NCBI RefSeq assembly: GCF_006345805.1
Contig: NC_043009.1
Span: forward strand, 8,184,001 to 8,248,000
Source of the DNA: Octopus sinensis
Lineage: Eukaryota
Reading direction: 5' to 3'
Length of the DNA: 64,000 nt
Shown here: positions 14,330 through 28,262 of the stretch, piece by piece
Layout: every line of letters starts with the position of its first letter
Numbering within the stretch: position 1 is the first letter of the stretch
The notes under the pieces: generated by a model
What the model was told of the DNA's origin: nothing
Seen by the model: the letters and a program-made list of their open reading frames with translations, nothing else
Databases searched by the model: none
Position numbers and translations under genes: made by a program

Positions 14330-14642
14330 TTGCAGACTATTTCTCTTCATTTAATTCTTTATCATCGCATTTATCACTTATCTTTGGTGACTTTCTGTGT
14401 ATTTCTCTTTTTTTTTTGTTTGTATTTATATATTTCTCATTCTCATAAATTTAATTCATTTTCTCTCTCTTTCTCTCTCTCTCTTTTTTCCTTTCTTCTT
14501 GTCTGCTTTTTCTTTACCCTCTTAGTTTTCTACATAACTCTGTCTACTTGTTTCTCTCTGTCTCTCTTTTTCTGTCTGTCTCTTTCTTTCTTTCTGTCTG
14601 CCTGTCAGTCTGTCAGTTTGTCTGTCAGTCTGTCTGTCTGTC

Positions 14643-14675
<33 letters not shown>

Positions 14676-14770
14676 TTATCCTCCTCAATTTTCCTTTTAA
14701 AATACCAGCAAGCTTCTAATCACATAGACACAATTGTACACGTGCACACACGCACACACACACACACTAT
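14330..14770. repeat. CT/CTGT/CA compound microsatellite tract
   Basis: Direct inspection. Other large CA/TA/TG tracts at about 1750-2200, 5650-5980, 26850-27110, 31100-31230 and 50860-50940. Confidence 0.9.
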
Positions 14771-17700
14771 CTTTTTCTCACCACCCACCTCTTTCTACTC
14801 CCACACCTTGTCTTCCTCTAACCTGCACCTTATTCCTCCCGGTTAGACTTCTCTTTTCTCTTACCCTTCCCTCATAAAAATTGTATCGCTTTTGAGATGA
14901 GGTGGAACTGTTATTTGGTAGGATATATGGATCATTAATTCACCCCTTTTCCACTCTACCCAAATTCCATCGGTCTGATAAAAAACCATCGTGTCCCTTT
15001 GGTACACAAAAGAGAACTGGATGACAGTATCTATTCTAGTTAGATTCTTGTTTCTTTTAGACCTTAAATCATGACCAGAATAACTTAAGCCCTTTTGATT
15101 TTTTTTGCTACTGTTTAGCTGTCGGTCAGAACTGGTTGAACAAACCTATGGCATATAGTGAGTTAGTTAGCAAGTGAACCACCCACCCTCCAAACCACAC
15201 ACACACACACTCACACGGTACATTATGATTTTGATTGAGGACTAAGGATCTTAACATGCAGTATTATCTCTCTGTTTTTTTTTTTTTAGTAACTACCTGG
15301 GCTTGTCCATTTTCTTTTTTTTCCCCTGCAGCCCATTCTGATTTTGTCTGCCAATTAATGCATTCAGTCGAAGGTAAAACTTGACTAAGCTAAAAGCAAT
15401 CCAATTATGTACATCTGATCTTTTTTTTTTTTCGTTAAAACAGTAGGGTATATGATTTGAGAGAAATTAGGCTGCTATTACTAGTAGATCAAGCGTTTTA
15501 GTTTAGCAGTGGCAAGCAAGGTGGTCTCATTTGGAACATGACGGTAGTTGTTCTACAATTACCGTGAGAGCTGTACATCTCTCAGTGTTTGGAACTGATG
15601 CTGCTATTTTAAGCATTTTTTTTGTTTTTGTTTTATCAAAGGAATTCCAGCAATAGCTCTCTGATCTAAAACACAGATCAGATAATTATAACTGGAATGC
15701 TTTTGATCATGTCTACTCGATTATGGGTCTGCATAACCAGAGTCAATACGGGGACTACACAACAATAATAACCACCCCGCACCCACACACAAAGGTTTAT
15801 AGTAAATTACCTTTTCTCTTTTACTTGTTTTAGTCATTAGACTGCAGCCATGCTGGGGCACCACCTTGAGGAATTTTTAGTTGAACAAATCGATTCCAGT
15901 ACTTATTGTCTTTTTTTTTTTAGAAGTTTGGTACTTATTCTGTTATTCTCTTTTGCCAACTGCTAAGTTACGGGGATGTTAACAAACCAGCACCAGTTGT
16001 CAAGTAGTGGTGGTGGGGATAAACACAGACACAAAGACATGCACACACACACATTTATAAATGAGGGGCTTCTTTCAGTTTCCAAATCCACTCACAAGAC
16101 TTTGGCTTGAGGCTATAGTAAAAGACACTTGCCCAAGGTGCCATGCAGTGGGATTGAACCTGGAACCATATGGTCGGGAAGCAAACTTCTTACCACACAC
16201 TTATGCCTGCACCAAATTATATGTAAATGCACCTTGACATTTTTTGTTTTTTTTAACAAAAAAAAACAAACTAAATAATTGTATTATAGACCTCAGTTTC
16301 TTGGATTCTAGATCTTACCCTAACAATATTCTTTAATTTCTTTTTACTTTACTGCTATCAGAATATGTTGGTAGCAGATGGATTTGCTGACAAGTGGAAT
16401 ATGTAAGAAATAAAAGAACTGACACTCCAATGTTGGGAAAGGTATAATAGCTAAGATGATACACATGCTCACCTGTTCTGCCAAACCTTTCAGTGATAAT
16501 AGCTTCCTTTCTGCCCCTTTCTATGTGACACTGGTCACTCATAACCTCATCCTAGTTCTCTCCAGTGGCAACTGGTGTGCTCAGCTACTAACCTAGGCTC
16601 TGCTACTCATCAAACTGTTAAAATATTGGTCACTGACAGGTTTATGATTGAACCTGTGGCAGTGGAGTCCTCCAGCATTCTCGGGGCTCCTGTACCATAT
16701 CCCTGCCCACTGCTGTCGGGGCAGAGATGGCTGTCTGTAAGTATGAGCCCTGTGGGTAAAAGTGGTTGTTCTAGCACATCTCTTGCCATCCTCGAAGGCA
16801 ATGCCTTTTCCATTTTGTCTGCTGGGACCACAAGACAGTCTGATTCATAGGAAATTGTACATTCCACTCCTTCATGTAAAGTTACTCCTCTTTACTCTTT
16901 TATTTGTTTCAGTCATTTGACTGTGGCTATGCTGGAGCACCACCTTGAAGTGTTTTAGTCAAACAAATAAACCTCAAGACTTATTTTTTAAAACCTAGTA
17001 TTAATTTTATTGCTCTTTTTTGCCAAACCACTAAGTTATGGGGACGTAAACACACCAACAGGCTATAGTAGAAGACATTTGCCCAAAGAACCACATTGTG
17101 GGACTGAACCTGGAACCATGTGGTTGGGAAGCAAGCTTCTTACCACAAAGCCACACCTGCATCTATATACATGTATTTCTCAATAACAACATACATATCT
17201 CTCTGCAGATCTGGATGCTAGTCAGTATGGACGTGACCCCAAAGGTACCAAGCTGCAACCCCCACCCTACATACTTTGTCTTGCTCAATGCATCTTCTTG
17301 TTACCACTTTGATTTCTGTGCTGCCTACCATTATTATAATACTAATAATAATAATTGTTTCTAAATAATAATAGAAGTAATGATTTCAAGTTTTGGCACA
17401 AGGCCAGCCATTTTTTGAGGTGGGGCTAAATTGATTACATTGACCCCAGTGTTCAACTGGTTCTTATTTTACCGTTCCTGAAAGGATGAAAGACAAAAAT
17501 CATCTCAGCAGAATAATAATTATTATTTCTAACAATAATTAGGGCCAGCACTTTTGAGGACCGGGGGTAGCCATTTGTATCATCCCTGTGCTTGCCTGGC
17601 ATATTATTTTATCAATCTCAGAAGGATTGACAATAATAAAATTTAAAAGAATTAACTTCACATAATTTAAGATGAATGTACTATAAAGGCACGTTCAGGA

Positions 17701-18088
17701 TATAATGAGTATAGATGTTGATTCTAGCTATAATTCCTGATTAAATGAGCTCATGCAGTCACAGTTATGAACATGTATACATGAGAGGGTGAGATAATTG
17801 ATAAAGGATCTAAGCTTGTGGAGTTAGGGAACATTGCGTGAATATATATATAGTGTAGTACATCAATAAACTACCAGGTAGAGATGTTGCTGCTGCTTTT
17901 GATGATGATGATAATGATTTCACATTTGCAATTACTTAGATCTTTATAGGGTTGCTTGACCAACTACAAGCAGCATCCAAATTTCTTTCGACTCCTACTT
18001 GGACACAATAATTCCAGACCTTTTAATATTTGGAGTGTGCTTTCAAGTAGATAAAAACACTTTGATGCACTTGGTACATAGTCTAAAG

Positions 18089-18399
18089 GAGGGATTCTCA
18101 ACTAGGGTCTATATAAGATTTTTTGGTATCCACGGATGCAATATAGTAAATCAGGGGTCCACAATAATTTTTCAGGGGCCATGAAAAAACTGTGCTTCAG
18201 AACAGTAAAATTTATGAACAATGAATTGTTTATATGTCCACAGTAAAGAAAATATTTTAACAATTTTTATACAGATCTTAATAACATCTAATTATTAAAA
18301 TACTACAGGATTTTTTAACCATTGAATGGCAATAGGGGTCCACTCATGTAAAATAGGAATCAAAGAGGTCCATAGGTAAAAAATGGTTAAGAATCCCTG
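18089..18399. mobile_element. hAT (Charlie-like) MITE
   Basis: Ends GAGGGGATTCTCAAC / GTTAAGAATCCCTG; 8-bp TSD GTCTAAAG / GACTAAAG (7/8 match). Confidence 0.7.
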
Positions 18400-19082
18400 G
18401 ACTAAAGAAATGTATTTAAAAAAGGTTGTGTATTGGTGCAGCCATTGTTGTGTGGTTAAGGAACTCACTTTGCAACCATGTGGTTTAGTATCCCAGCCCA
18501 CTGTGCAGCACCTTGGGTGTCTTCTATTATAGCCTCAGAATGATCAAAACCTTGTGAGTGAGTCTGGAAGATGAAACTATACGTATGGGTTTGTCTACTG
18601 CCACTACTTGATAGCTGGTGTTGGTTTGTTTACGTCCCCATAGTTTTGCAGCTCAGCATAAGTGAACAATGGAGTAAGTATCAAACTTCAAAACATAAGT
18701 ACTGGGGTTGATTTGTTTGACTAAACTGTCAGACAGTGACCCAGCATGGCTGGAGTCCAGTGATTGAAACAAGTAAAAGATAAATGTTTTAGTCTACAAA
18801 TATAAATATAATGTAAACCACAAAATATTATTAAGTCCTTTTTCAATAAACAATGCATATTTATCATGACTTATCTTTTACATGTCTCAGTTAATAAATA
18901 GACTGTGGCCATGCTGGGGCACCATCTTGGTGAATTTGATTTAGTTGAATGTTTCGACCCCAGTACTTACATTTTTTAAAGCTTGGTACTTATTCTGTCG
19001 GTCTCTTTTGCCAAACTGCTAAGTTACAGGAATGTAAACAAACCAACACCGGTTGTGAAGCAGTGGTGGAGGCAAACACACA

Positions 19083-19307
19083 CACATGAGGGAGTGCTGG
19101 AAAGTTCCTGGCTTTGGATAAAAGAAAATACAGGAGGATCATTTAATTATGATTTTATCCAACATACACCCCTCTCAGATTCACACACTTATTTCAGCAG
19201 TCCTTCAGTTTTTCTAAGCCTTGTAAAAGAACTTGGAAGATTGGGCTTCCAACCAGACCTTTCGTGACACCCTTAAAATTAGGAACTTTTCAGCACCCCT
19301 TCATGTA
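19083..19307. mobile_element. Mariner-type MITE nested in a SINE
   Basis: TIRs CACATGAGGGAGTGCTGGAAAGTTCCT / AGGAACTTTTCAGCACCCCTTCATGTA. It interrupts the central microsatellite of a minus-strand SINE-A copy (about 18900-19510). Confidence 0.72.
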
Positions 19308-19311
19308 TACA

Positions 19312-19353
<42 letters not shown>

Positions 19354-19688
19354 CATATATGTAACAGCATTTTTCAGTTTCTGTGTACCAAATACATTCA
19401 CAAGACTTTGGTCAGCCCAAGGCTATATTAGTAGAAGACACTTGCCGAAGGTGCCATTGCAGAACCATGTAGTTGGGAAGCAAGCTTTTACCACACAGCC
19501 ATGCCTACACCTATTTTTAGAATTTCAGTTTGCATCCGTTTTCTTGATTAAATACAGTTTTGGTATTTCTGCAGCATTCATAGTTAACATCATGTGTTAT
19601 ATCTGTGTGCATAGGCATAACATATGATGTTTGGGGATCACTCGTTTTAATGTTTTAGAAAAGGAAGGCTATATTTGATCATTGGGAC

Positions 19689-20022
19689 CAGTGGTTCTCA
19701 ACCCCCTTTTTTTTTATCTATAGACTGCTTTGTTTACTATTTTATTCTGGTGGACCCCCCCCCCCCACCATAGCCATTTGATGTTTAAAAACTAATTTTT
19801 TTGGTACTTTTTTTCAAAATTCCTATTCTGTTATTCACACAATAACATATGTAAATTGAATCATGTAAAATGTTAGAGAATGAAACCTAAAATTTTCTTG
19901 CAATGCATGTATTTAAACCAAAATTTTTCATGGGCCTAAAATACTACTGTCGATCTCCAACTTACTATTTTGCTAGCATGGACCCCTAAAAATCTTATAT
20001 CGACCCCAATTGAGAACCACTG
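19689..20022. mobile_element. hAT (Charlie-like) MITE, same family as 18089-18399 in opposite orientation
   Basis: TIRs CAGTGGTTCTCAA / TTGAGAACCACTG. The interior is the reverse complement of the 18.1-18.4 kb copy; a partial third copy lies near 29745-29905. Confidence 0.75.
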
Positions 20023-21513
20023 ATATAGACTAAGGAGGAAAAGAGAAAGATTACCAGTAATATATTTCATATATTTGAAGCATATTTCTGCAATCACTTA
20101 GATCTTTTGAAGGGATGGCTATGTTTGGAATACTGTTGTTCATAGGTCAGACCTGGGGCTAAACAACAATTTGGGTTTTCAGCTTCGGCATTTCTAAAAA
20201 TATCATCTTGTATCCTTTTCGTAAAATATGTAGTCAGGTGTGTGCAAATCGTGTGGTAAGATTTAATAAGTGAAACCTGTTATTCAAGTTCAGTTCCTGA
20301 ATGAGCCATTTCACTTCATTTCAACCCTCAGACTACAGCAGTTTTACAACTATAGGGAGCAGTCAAGAGAGAGAGAGAGAGAGTTTGATTGTAACCATGA
20401 GGTTGACTGGTCTTTGTTTCACTACATTAGCACAAATTTTTTAATTGCTATCCCTATCTCCCATTGGGTTTGATATCAGACTCAGTATCATTTCCACAAC
20501 TGGTTAGTGTATCACACTACTAGCTCAAGTAAAATGAGTTTAAATTCACTACAGGGGTATCATTATATTTTATTATAATTGTACTCACCATCTAAGATAC
20601 TTTATAGGTATATTAAATTGGTACTTTACTTTATCTATCCTGGAACAATGAAAGGTAATGTTGGCCTCGGTAAAGAATTGAACATGGAATGTAAAGGAGT
20701 TTAAACATGAAATATAAAATGTTAAGGTAAAATACTGCATATATTTTGTCTGCTTCTTTTTAATGATCCTACCAATCTGTTACCTATGTCTCTCTTTACA
20801 CAATGCTTTATTCAACATGCTTTCATTCACCTTTGTCTCTGTTGTTGATAGCACTGTGTAACACAAGTTTTGTCCTTGGGTAGTAACTAATTTCCTATTT
20901 GATTACCCCTAAAAAGTGTGAAAACTGGCTATTCCCTTAAAACTTTGCTTTTGTTACATTTGAGCGTAGCTGATGCCAGTGCCGTCTGACAGGCTCCCGT
21001 GCTGGTGGCATGTAAAATCATCCACTACACTCTTGGAGTGGTTGGCATTAGGAAGGGCATCCAACTGTAGAAACCTAGCCAAATCAGATTTGAGCTTAGT
21101 GTAGCCTCCCGGCTTGCCAGTTCTCAGTTAAACCATCCAAACCATGCCAGCATGGAAAACAGATGTTAAATGATGATGATGATTAAAATGACAAAGAAAC
21201 CCTCTCAGCACATGACTATGATGCTCTCCACTACTCCTGCTTATGGTCAGAGATGCACATATTGTCAGCCACTAAGAGACATACTCAAGTGGTTAAGATC
21301 AAGCAACTGATAAGCAAATCTGTGATATTGAGCAGAATATTTGCTATAATGATATTTCTGCTTCAGCAACTCAATGCTGAATCTGTCTTAAATGTAATGG
21401 AAAATAGGTAAGTTTCAAAACATTGACGTTCAGTTGACGAAAGCAAAGTTTGAAGAGAATAGTAGTCATTTCCTTTGATTTCTAGACGGAAGCAAATACA
21501 AAATAACACTTAC

Positions 21514-21570
21514 TGATCAAAGACAAAAACAAAATTGTCACAAAGTATTGTGTATCTGGCACCAGAATGT
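21514..21570 (-). other. Candidate 57-nt exon (HSGARYTILCDNFVFVFD or ILVPDTQYFVTILFLSLI)
   Basis: TTATCTTTCCCAG| acceptor, TCA|GTAAGT donor, two open frames. Confidence 0.3.
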
Positions 21571-22353
21571 CTGGGAAAGATAATAGTGTTAGACTGACAT
21601 ACCATCCCAGAATAAAAATCCTCTCATCTTAATGTTACAGAAACAGGAATAAAGTAGTGGACTTAAAATACCCTTTTAAGGCATAAGAGATAATTCTTTC
21701 TGTCTCTATGACTGTCTGTATCTCTCTGTCTCTTTTTCTTTTCCTTTATACATTGACTTGACTTAGTTTATGATGATTAAAAGCAAATGTTAATTATTTC
21801 TATTTAATCATTTACAATTCAGAATGAAGAGTTTTTTTTTTACCTCTTTTAAATGATCTAAGTTTAAACAAAAATTTTAATTAGCATTGTGCAATTATTG
21901 ACAGTATTAATAAAGCCACAACAATGAATGTCACTTAATTTTAGTACATTTAGAAAAAAGTAGTTTAATTTTCATATTCAATATTTCACTTTAAATAATA
22001 CAAACTCTTAATAATCATTTGATTAGGTCATTTAAAGATCTTTTGTCATGAGTAAACAAAAGCTTATCAGAAATGCAATGGAGACATTGTCCAGTTGTAT
22101 AACAAAAATAGAATGACATTTTAAGCCACAGCTGCTAAAGTTGCTTCCTCAGTAACCGAGCCCACCATGCTGTGAACATTTGCAATGAAGCTGGTGGCTG
22201 TTCTGATCATTGTTGACCAAGGGCAGCTGTGTAGTACTGCTGAAAGGATGGACTCACTGCTGGCCTATGAAGAACAGGGAAATAACCACTGTTGACATTT
22301 TGAATGCTATTCAACAGAAATACCACGTACACTACCATTAAAAATTGGTTTAA

Positions 22354-22542
22354 CTCTTTTGCATTTAAACCAGACATATTTGATCCAGATATTCTACCGT
22401 TTTATATTCAAACTGGCCAGATCTAGGCTCTCACAACTATCCTACAATGCCATGCGAAGAAATATACAATCACATCATCAACAGCTCAGAATGTGAATAA
22501 GTAAGCATTTACATTTGACAGTGTGATCTGAGTGCTAAAGGG
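22354..22542. mobile_element. piggyBac-type MITE (second family)
   Basis: TTAA|CTCTTTTGCATT ... GTGCTAAAGGG|TTAA. The interior is homologous to the copy at 40841-41036. Confidence 0.75.
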
Positions 22543-23229
22543 TTAAGCATTTGGGGATTGTGGAACATGTACAGGAAAAAGAAAAAAGAAAAAAACGGGG
22601 CACAGTGCATCAAGCATAACCAGCCAACTCTCTAGGGAATTCAAAGCTGGAATGAAATACAACAGGGAGATGTTCTAGTGCAGCTATTGTTTGTTGTTCT
22701 AGTAAACTACTTCAGAAAGGAAATGATTAGAGATGGAAGAGAAGGAATTAAATGGACCTATAGAAAGTGTTTTAATAGATTTAGGCATGGCTGTGTGGTA
22801 AGAAGTTTGCTTCCCAACCTCAAGGTTTCAGGTTCAGTTCCATTGTGTGACACTTTGGATGTCTTCTACTATACTACTATACACCTAGGTTGACTAAAGT
22901 CTTGTGAAAGAATTTGGAAGATGGAAACTGAAAGAAGCCTGTTGTATGCACATGGGCATGCATGTGTGTGTGTCTTTGTGTTTGTCCCCCATCACTGCAT
23001 GAAAACTGGTGTTGGTTTGTTTACATCCCCATAACTTAATGATTCAGCAATAAAAGACTGATAAAGTTATTCCCAGACTTAAAAAAAAAAATTCTTAAAA
23101 ACTTATGTACTGTGTTTGATTTGTTTGACAAAACCCTTCAAAGCGGTGCCCCAGCTTGGCTGCATTCCAGTGACTGAAACAAGTAAGAGATAAAAGATAT
23201 GCTGATGGTATTGTTTTGCTTCGTAATGA

Positions 23230-23740
23230 AATCAACTATATGAAGAATGACATACAAGCGTGATGAAGTAGGCTTAAGATCTACACACCAATAAAACTGA
23301 AATTATAAAGACAGAGTAAGCAGATGAAAGAAGTGTATCATTGAACGAGTACATTCTGGAAGTTTAGATATCATGAAAGTGATGGATCTTTAGAAAGTTA
23401 ATATAATGAAAAATTTAAGAAGACAAATCTAGCCATAGAAATTCTTTGAGATGTGTGGAAATCGCAAAGATTAGAAATTCATATGAAAATTAAAATGTAT
23501 ACATCACAAGTGAGAAGTGTTTTTAGTGTGTGGGAGAGCCACGGCATAACAATCAAGCTAAAGCTAATCATCTTAAAGTCTTTGAAATTAAAGCATTATG
23601 AAGAATCTTGGAGATCAAATGCCAGAGTTTTTGTGAGAAATGAGATGGTTCGAGATATAATAAAAGTACCATATATAGATGAAGAAATAATGAAGATGGT
23701 AATGGTCGGGCCATGTGTTTCGGTCTCAGGTAGTTAAAAT
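23230..23740 (+). mobile_element. RTE-clade LINE reverse-transcriptase fragment
   Basis: VWKSQRLEIHMKIKMYTSQVRSVFSVWESH resembles the RTE motif VWRSKxLSxxTKIRLYxSxVxSVLLYGxESW; many stops. Confidence 0.6.
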
Positions 23741-23756
23741 GAGATAGTTCAAGATA

Positions 23757-23903
23757 CCTAATTCTTTACTACCCACAAGGGGCTAAACACAGAGAGGACA
23801 AACAAGGACGGACAAACGGATTAAGTCGATTATATCGACCCCAGTGCGTAACTGGTACTTAATTTATCGACCCCGAAAGGATGAAAGGCAAAGTTGACCT
23901 CGG
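23757..23903 (-). mobile_element. 5'-truncated SINE family B with 12-bp TSD
   Basis: TSD TAGTTCAAGATA at 23745-23756 and 23904-23915. Confidence 0.85.
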
Positions 23904-24398
23904 TAGTTCAAGATAGTTCAAGATAGGAAGACCTAGGCCCACTGGGGACGAGAAAAATGCAGAGAGAAAGAAGAGATCGTGAAGGAGCATAGGCTGAAAC
24001 AGACGTAGAGAGAAAAAATGAGGTTGGTGAGAATATGTGACCTTTTACATCAAATAGCATTGGAGGCAGTAACAGTAATAGGCATTTACCAGTAGAGTCG
24101 CATCTTCAAGCATACTCATAGATATCTATGTATGTGTGTGTATGCATATCTTCAGAGCAGATTCATCATAGAAAGTCTAATTAGCTGCAGTATTTGTCCT
24201 GAGATAATATCACTTATAGACATATAGTGCTAGATAACACAAAAATATAACAGCAGCAGCCGAAAATTGTCCAACAGTATTCATGACATGGATACTGTTA
24301 ATTAGGAATTCTACAATGTATCTGCTTTACGTATTATACACTGCTTGCCACTTTAAACTAATACTGTTTCTGGTGCACATAACAAATATGTTTATATA

Positions 24399-24436
24399 TC
24401 TTTCTGGAGAAGAGCGTAGGCTCGAAATGTAAAAGA
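24399..24436 (+). ncRNA. Degenerate minimal hammerhead ribozyme motif in a Penelope-like terminal fragment (about 24375-24530)
   Basis: TCTTT-CTGGAGA-A-GAGC(gtag)GCTC-GAAAT-GTA-AAAGA: perfect stems I and II, with two core substitutions. Confidence 0.55.
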
Positions 24437-24525
24437 CTTTTTCTATTCCTGAGCGTTATACTAATATATCTGCTTGTTCTGTACACCACCTGTTTTCGTC
24501 TTTTGTTTTTTTTGTGAACTCTCCC

Positions 24526-24563
<38 letters not shown>

Positions 24564-24567
24564 GATA

Positions 24568-24975
24568 GGCATAGGAGTGGCTGTGTGGTAAGTTGCTTGC
24601 TTACCAACTACATGGTTCCAGGTTCAGTCTCACTGCGTTGTACCTTGGGCAAGTGTCTTCTACTATAGCTTCGGGCTGACCAAAGCCTTGTGAGTGGATT
24701 TGGTACACAGAAACTGAAAGAAGTCTGTTGTATATATGTATATATATGTATGTGTGTGTATATGTTTGTGTGTCTGTGTTTGTGCCCCCAACATCACTTG
24801 ACAACCCATGCTGGTGGGTTTACGTCTCCTGGAACTTAGCGGTTTGGCAAAAGAGACTGATAGAATAAGTACTAGGCTTACAAAGAATAAGTCCTGGGGT
24901 TGATTTTCTCGACTAAAGGCGGTGCTCCAGCATGGCCACAGTCAGAAGACTGAAACAAGTAAAAGAGTAAAGAGT
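24568..24975 (+). mobile_element. SINE family A, near-consensus full-length copy
   Basis: GGCATAGGAGTGGCTGTGTGGTAAG ... GACTGAAACAAGTAAAAGAGTAAAGAG. Confidence 0.9.
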
Positions 24976-27019
24976 ATAGTCATGGCCAGTCTTTGGGGTT
25001 ACCAAGGGTTTCACATCCATAAACCACTTATCCTTACAGTGTCTCTTCAAACGCTAATGGCCTGGCTATTTGCGTCTAATAACTATCTGATTACTCTATT
25101 GTCCTATAACTTAGTGTGTGCTTCTCTTTCGGATTTATGATTTACTGATGATCCATGTATATATATATATATATAATTTAATGTGCGCTCTGTATGCAGG
25201 CATGAATTAGTTCATCACAGTCTAATGAGTCTGAGGCCTACATCAGGCACCAGTGTTCTTTTTGGCTTGGTTTCTAGGTCTGGGTGCTTATTGTAGTGTC
25301 AACCATTTTACAGAGTGCAGTGGGTACCTTTTTTTTTTATAGCATGAACACTTGTGAGATCACTTCGCAAATTGCTAGACTAATGGCCTAAAGTGGGCCT
25401 TGTAACTGAAGAACACTAGAAGAGAGAGATAGTGCTATGGTTCCAGGCAGGTCGATGAAGGAAGGTAAACTGAGATGAGTGTTTTGAGATGGACATGGCG
25501 GGGAACTGGGGAAAGAGAATGGATTAGTGTCAGGGGTCATTGAGAAAGGGAGGGACAGAGTGAAAAGGTGATATGGTGGTGGAGGGAGGGGTCCAGTGTT
25601 ATCCTACATTATTGTGAGGGTTAGAGTATTCAGCTTACAATCGCCAGGTTGTGAGTTTGATTCCTGGCAGTGTGTTGTGTCCTTGAGCAAGACACTTTAT
25701 TTCACATTACTCCAGTCCACTCAGCTGGCAAAAGGAGCTGTACCTGTATTTCGAAGGGCCGGCCTTGTCACATTTTGTGTCACGCAGAATTTCCCTGAGA
25801 AATATGTAAAGGATGCGTGCATTTGTGGAGTACTCGGCCACTTGCACATTAATTTCATGAGCAGGCTGTTCTGCTGATCAGATCAATTGGAACCCTTATC
25901 ATTGTAAACTGATGGAGTACCAGTAACATTATAAGAGTGAGTATGGACAAAAGATATGAGATGAAGAGATTAAAGAAGGGAGGACAGTGAGGAATCTTGA
26001 ATGAAAGAGAGGTGAGGGCTCTGAGGGTAGGCCAAATGAACTGTCAAAGGGGCCAAGAAAGTGTGGGGAGAGGACAGTGAAAGATGAGCCAAAGAGTGGG
26101 GGAGCAGCAGTTGAGTACAGTGAGAGCAATGAGAGAAAGAGAGATTAGAGAATACCACAGTGGATATGAGGAAGAGCAGAGCATGGATGCAGAGAAAACA
26201 TCCCAGTTGAGGAGGTTGTGAAAAGAGGGTGGTGGAATGAGTAGGGGGAACATTGGGGTGAATTTACTGAGAGCAGTGAGAAAAAGAAAAGATGGAGGGT
26301 ACCCTAGGGAGTTAAAGGCAAGAGTAAGTGTTGGGTAGTGGAAGAGAGGATACTGGTTGGTAATAAAGCAGAGCAAGTACAATGGAGCAAAATTAGAGTA
26401 GAACACATTGGAGAGGTGAGGATGAGGGAAGTCCAACATAGGCTTACAAAGAATAAGTCCTGAGGTCAATCTGTTCAACAAAAGGCGGTGCTCCAGCATG
26501 GCCACAGTCAAATGACTGAAACAAGTAAAAGAATAAAAGAATATGTTGTTGCTGTTTAGCCACAGGTCGGTCCAGATGGAGCAAACCTATACAAAAAACA
26601 TTAAAGCAGTGATCGTCCTATTTTCATTTCCAGGGTCCATCTATGTAATATTGCATTAATCAGACATCACTTTTCAGCCAGTAGGCTATGATTTGATGGA
26701 AATCTGGTTGTTATTTCTAGGCTACCCTAGTGACCTTGTTGGCTTTTCTGCACGTGTGTGTTTTAGATAAGTGATTTCGTGTAAAATAAGAAATGAAGGG
26801 TTGCATCTTTTGAAACAATAAATATCAAAATGATAAAACTGAAGATATATGATGTATGGATATGTGTGTCTGTATGTGTGTGTGTAAATATATATATATA
26901 TGTGTGTGTGTGTGTGAATATATATATGTGTGTAGGTATATGTGCATACACATACGTATGATTATAGGCATAAGTATATGTATACGTACTATATATTTTT
27001 GCATGTGTAAGTGTGCATA

Positions 27020-27067
<48 letters not shown>

Positions 27068-27824
27068 TATGTATCTATACATACATGTACGTTTATATAT
27101 GTGTGTGTGTATTATAAAGCAGACATTGGAGCTTAATGCAGCCCTCCTGCTCGCCAGCTCCTGTCAGACCAGCCAACCCATAACAGCAGAGAAAATGGAC
27201 GTTAAATGATAATGCTTATAATGATGCTGCTGCTGTTGCTGATGATGATGATATATGTATCTGCATATATATGTGTGCACACTCAGACACAAGCACATAT
27301 GTTCGGTACCTTGATGGGTGTCTTCATACTTTGTTTTTATCTAAATTCACCAACCAGTAAGCTGAAATAAATCATTGCCAGTTTCTCTTCTATAGGCCAA
27401 TGATATTTAGTGAAGGATGTACAGTAGATTATTGAAATGGAATAAATCTTGCCCTGGTTGACATAAGTTGAACTATTTTCCCCCTGCCCTCACCCCATCC
27501 CTTTCCTCTCCACCACCCCACCCCCACATGAATTCCTTGAATCTTTTACAAATTGGAAATTCAACTTTACCACACCACTCTAACTCGTCAGCCAATAAAG
27601 TCTTCTTAAACAAGGCACACACCTCGCTCAGATTCATGTTATTTCAGTGGATGGATGGATGGATGGATGGCCCAGTTAGTGGGCAAGAGAAAAGAGCTTA
27701 TGAGATATTCACAAATGCAAACAACCAACATGTGAACACACATACAAACAAACAAAAAAATAGACATCCACACACTATATACAAACTCACGCTGTCCAAG
27801 CGCTTAAACCCATTTGTCCATTCT

Positions 27825-27861
<37 letters not shown>

Positions 27862-27984
27862 ATACACACATACACATGTACACATATTTACATACTATCA
27901 TTTGAGAGTTACATGCACATACATGCTCATGCACTCTTATCACAGTCCCACTCACTCATTCCCACACACACAGTCATTCAGTTT

Positions 27985-28262
27985 TAGTTAGTTAGTTAAT
28001 TTTTTAGCTCAGAAAGCAAAAAGCAAGGCCATGTAGGGGGACATGGAGTTATGTACAGGGTGGTGTTCATGTAAAGAGTTCAGGCCACTTGAGGTCAAGG
28101 GAGACTTTGAACCGAGCGGTCGTCGGCATCTTCACCATCTCGTCTGGCAGCTTATTCCACGGAGAAAGCCCCTCTCCTTCGATTGAGATGAAATCGTCGC
28201 AGATAGAGCTTTTCGGAAAGTTCTATTCAGTTGTTTCTCACGCATACACTCTTGCACCAATC
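27985..28262 (-). mobile_element. CR1-type LINE 3' end, short internal deletion
   Basis: HLNRRRGAFSV...WNKLPDEMVKMPTTARFKVSLDLKWPELFT* (stop at 28067-28069), then a 3' UTR and (TAAC)n tail. Confidence 0.75.

Noticed and set aside
20589-20639. 51-nt minus-strand exon candidate (IDKVKYQFNIPIKYLR) with GTGAGT donor
   Set aside because: Its acceptor half lies in a decayed SINE-B sequence, so it is probably a chance pseudo-exon.
25400-26420. Purine-rich tract with 155-aa minus-strand ORF (similar tracts at 4580-5110, 30340-30740, 36810-37000, 43700-43960)
   Set aside because: Strand-biased degraded retroelement-like sequence, possibly Penelope; the ORF begins inside a SINE and has no clear motif.
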